Below are positions 46,265 through 48,309 of a stretch of DNA of 48,309 nucleotides, piece after piece. Origin of the DNA: a virus. Its lineage: Duplodnaviria > Caudoviricetes. Numbering within the stretch: the stretch's first letter is position 1; each line of letters opens with the position of its first letter. Under the pieces are notes generated by a model that searched no databases, was not told the DNA's origin, and was given only the letters and a program-made list of their open reading frames with translations. A program made the position numbers and the translations under genes. The stretch is from the IMG/VR virus record IMGVR_UViG_3300037462_000908, positions 1-48,309 of that record; one strand, 5' to 3'.

Positions 46265-46996
46265 ATGGAAGACATTAACGATAGGATAAAGTATTTTAGA
46301 GAGAAGATACTAGGCATTGATTCTCAAAAAGAATTTGCAGAAAAAATAGATGTAAGTCCCGCAAATCTCTCACAAATAGAGTCTAAAAGTCAAAAGCCTT
46401 CGAATAGTTTTATTGAAAAGTTACTGGGGGCATACCCAAATATAAATATGAATTGGTTACAAAAAGGCAAAGGTCCGATATACGAAAATAAAACAAACTT
46501 AATGGGTAATTTCCACTCTGATGAATTGGAGAGGGAAACTGTAAAAGGAGTAACATATCTCAAAATGGGGGACAAGAGGGTAATGGTTGAATTACCTTAT
46601 ATCCGTATGATTGCAACAGCTTCTATACTTGATGTCTATAATGATAATAATTGGACAGATATTCAGGAAGTAATGTGGATACCTTATGTAGATGGAATTC
46701 AATACAAAGACACTATTATAACTGATAGTAATGGAGACTCTATGGAGCCTACAATAAAATCAGGAAGTATCATAGTAGCTCAAAAGGTTGATCCCAGTGA
46801 TTGGGAATACACCACGGGTATTTGTATGGTAATTGTCAATAACATGAGAGTTATTAAAAGAATTAAGGAAAACACGCTACATGAAAGCGAAACTCTAAAA
46901 CTACATAGTGATAATCCTAATCATGGAGCAATCACAGTCAAGAAAAAAGATATTCATTCAATTTATAGAATCTCATTATCTGTAAATAAACTATGA
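46265..46996 (+). CDS. CI-like repressor (XRE HTH plus S24 peptidase)
   Basis: SQKEFAEKIDVSPANLSQIES, NMNWL..GKG, GDSMEP, VIKRI, LHSDNP. Confidence 0.92.
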   Translation: MEDINDRIKYFREKILGIDSQKEFAEKIDVSPANLSQIESKSQKPSNSFIEKLLGAYPNINMNWLQKGKGPIYENKTNLMGNFHSDELERETVKGVTYLKMGDKRVMVELPYIRMIATASILDVYNDNNWTDIQEVMWIPYVDGIQYKDTIITDSNGDSMEPTIKSGSIIVAQKVDPSDWEYTTGICMVIVNNMRVIKRIKENTLHESETLKLHSDNPNHGAITVKKKDIHSIYRISLSVNKL

Positions 46997-48309
46997 AGTT
47001 TACATTCAGATCAGAATTAGAATCAAAGCCCAATGCAAATGGCTATCATACTATTTTTGTTAGGATAACTCAAAAAACACAAGGAGACCAAAAACCAATT
47101 CTGAAACGTGTTCATACGGATTACTCCGTAAAAAAATCTGATTGGGTAGAGAAATCTCGTGAGGTTGTGAAAGGTGGTGGAGTGAAGAAAACACACCCAA
47201 ACGCTTCTGTCTATAATTCTAAAATTAATGAGCTTATTTATAAAGGAGAGGAGTATGCAAAAAATAATCCTCTTGCCACTATTGATGAAGTAAAAGCATA
47301 TTTGGATGGTAAAGACATTACAGTTAAAAACCTATTATCTTCCTACATAGAAGGCTTAAAATTGAGAAACCCTCGTAATTGGTCAATATCCACATTTGAG
47401 AATATTGATACGCTGATGAGAGAAATCAAAGATTTTGGTTCATTGAAAAAAATAGAAAATGTAGATTTTAAGCATATTGATATAGATTTTTTGAAAGAAT
47501 TAGATGAAACTTTTTATCAGAACCTTGCTCCAGCTACAGCCAACAAAAAAATAGAAATGCTTAATTCTATTATAAATTTGGCAAAAGATGAAGATGTTTT
47601 AGAGGAATCCTACAACCCAACAAAAAAATGGAGATTCAGACCTGAGCCTCAAACTATCAAAACATTTTTAACAGAAGAGGATATTTTAAAGTTAGAAGAA
47701 GCAACACTAACCTCTCCATTATCAGATGCTAGAAACTTTTTTATCATGCAATTCTATTTGGCAGGAAAAAGGGTAAGTGATGTGCTTTTGATGAAATTTA
47801 CAAGTATTACGGATAAGAATTTCAGACCTATTAATATTGAACAAATAAGAGAAGTAGAAGCTCGTTATACTCATTATGTGTATAAGCAATTTGAAAATCA
47901 TCCCCGTTTGCACTCTGTAAAACTGCCAATGGTAGCAAAGGAAATCATTTTACATTATTATCAGACTAGAAAAAACAATGTTTTTGTATTCCCTTTTTTG
48001 GAGGATAGCCTAGAATCTGATAAGTATGGCACAGCAAAGTTAAAAAATCAAATAGAGAGCAAAACAACCATCATCAATAAGAACCTGAAAAAAATAGCAA
48101 AGTTGCTTGAACTACCAAATTTCTCTACTCATACAGCCCGTAGGAGCTTTGCTCAGATTTCACGAAACTTGAATGTTTCAGACTTAGACATAAAGGATGC
48201 CTTGGGTCATTCGGATATTAAAATTACTCAAGGTTATCTTGATAGTACGGATTACTCAGGTATTGACAGAGCTTTAGAATCTGTGGAAAAGAAAATGAAA
48301 AATAAATAA
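46993..48309 (+). CDS. int: Tyrosine integrase
   Basis: Arm-binding N-terminus; GKRVSD, HTARRSFA, LGHSDIKITQGY catalytic motifs. Confidence 0.95.
   Translation: MKFTFRSELESKPNANGYHTIFVRITQKTQGDQKPILKRVHTDYSVKKSDWVEKSREVVKGGGVKKTHPNASVYNSKINELIYKGEEYAKNNPLATIDEVKAYLDGKDITVKNLLSSYIEGLKLRNPRNWSISTFENIDTLMREIKDFGSLKKIENVDFKHIDIDFLKELDETFYQNLAPATANKKIEMLNSIINLAKDEDVLEESYNPTKKWRFRPEPQTIKTFLTEEDILKLEEATLTSPLSDARNFFIMQFYLAGKRVSDVLLMKFTSITDKNFRPINIEQIREVEARYTHYVYKQFENHPRLHSVKLPMVAKEIILHYYQTRKNNVFVFPFLEDSLESDKYGTAKLKNQIESKTTIINKNLKKIAKLLELPNFSTHTARRSFAQISRNLNVSDLDIKDALGHSDIKITQGYLDSTDYSGIDRALESVEKKMKNK

Larger units (their letters stand above)
1..48309. mobile_element. Temperate contractile-tailed (myovirus) prophage/phage, probably Bacteroidota host
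   Basis: Integrase, CI, terminase, portal, capsid, sheath, tube, baseplate and endolysin all present; no host housekeeping genes in the window. Confidence 0.93.

Noticed and set aside
48290-48309. Attachment site or terminal repeat
   Set aside because: Window is clipped at stop codons on both ends and no shared end repeat is visible

Overview
AT-rich, apparently near-complete temperate myovirus (prophage or phage), most likely of a Bacteroidota host, judged from TAnnTTTG-type promoters and the protein families. The window runs from the stop codon of a baseplate J-like gene to the stop codon of a tyrosine integrase, so no att site is visible. It encodes integrase, CI, Cro and replication genes, terminase, portal, protease, capsid and neck, a contractile tail (sheath, tube, tape measure, baseplate), a lysis cassette and recombination genes. 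The structural genes are scattered in alternating orientations. Main points of interest: (1) a ~1.25 kb non-coding RNA array (18820-20062) with two canonical tRNAs, four tRNA-like RNAs whose acceptor, D and T arms are retained but whose anticodon arms are shrunken or replaced by larger structured inserts, and several other folded RNAs; (2) an adjacent ParB / IbrA-like PAPS-reductase / methyltransferase / HNH-like / IbrB-like cassette; (3) a baseplate gpI-like gene split by an inserted domain; (4) a -1 frameshift tail-chaperone gene ~29 kb from its tape measure; (5) an 11-bp-phased iteron-like array far from the rep gene; (6) a TIGR04255-type three-gene moron. All calls come from reading motifs and base-pairing by eye; no database search or folding program was run.
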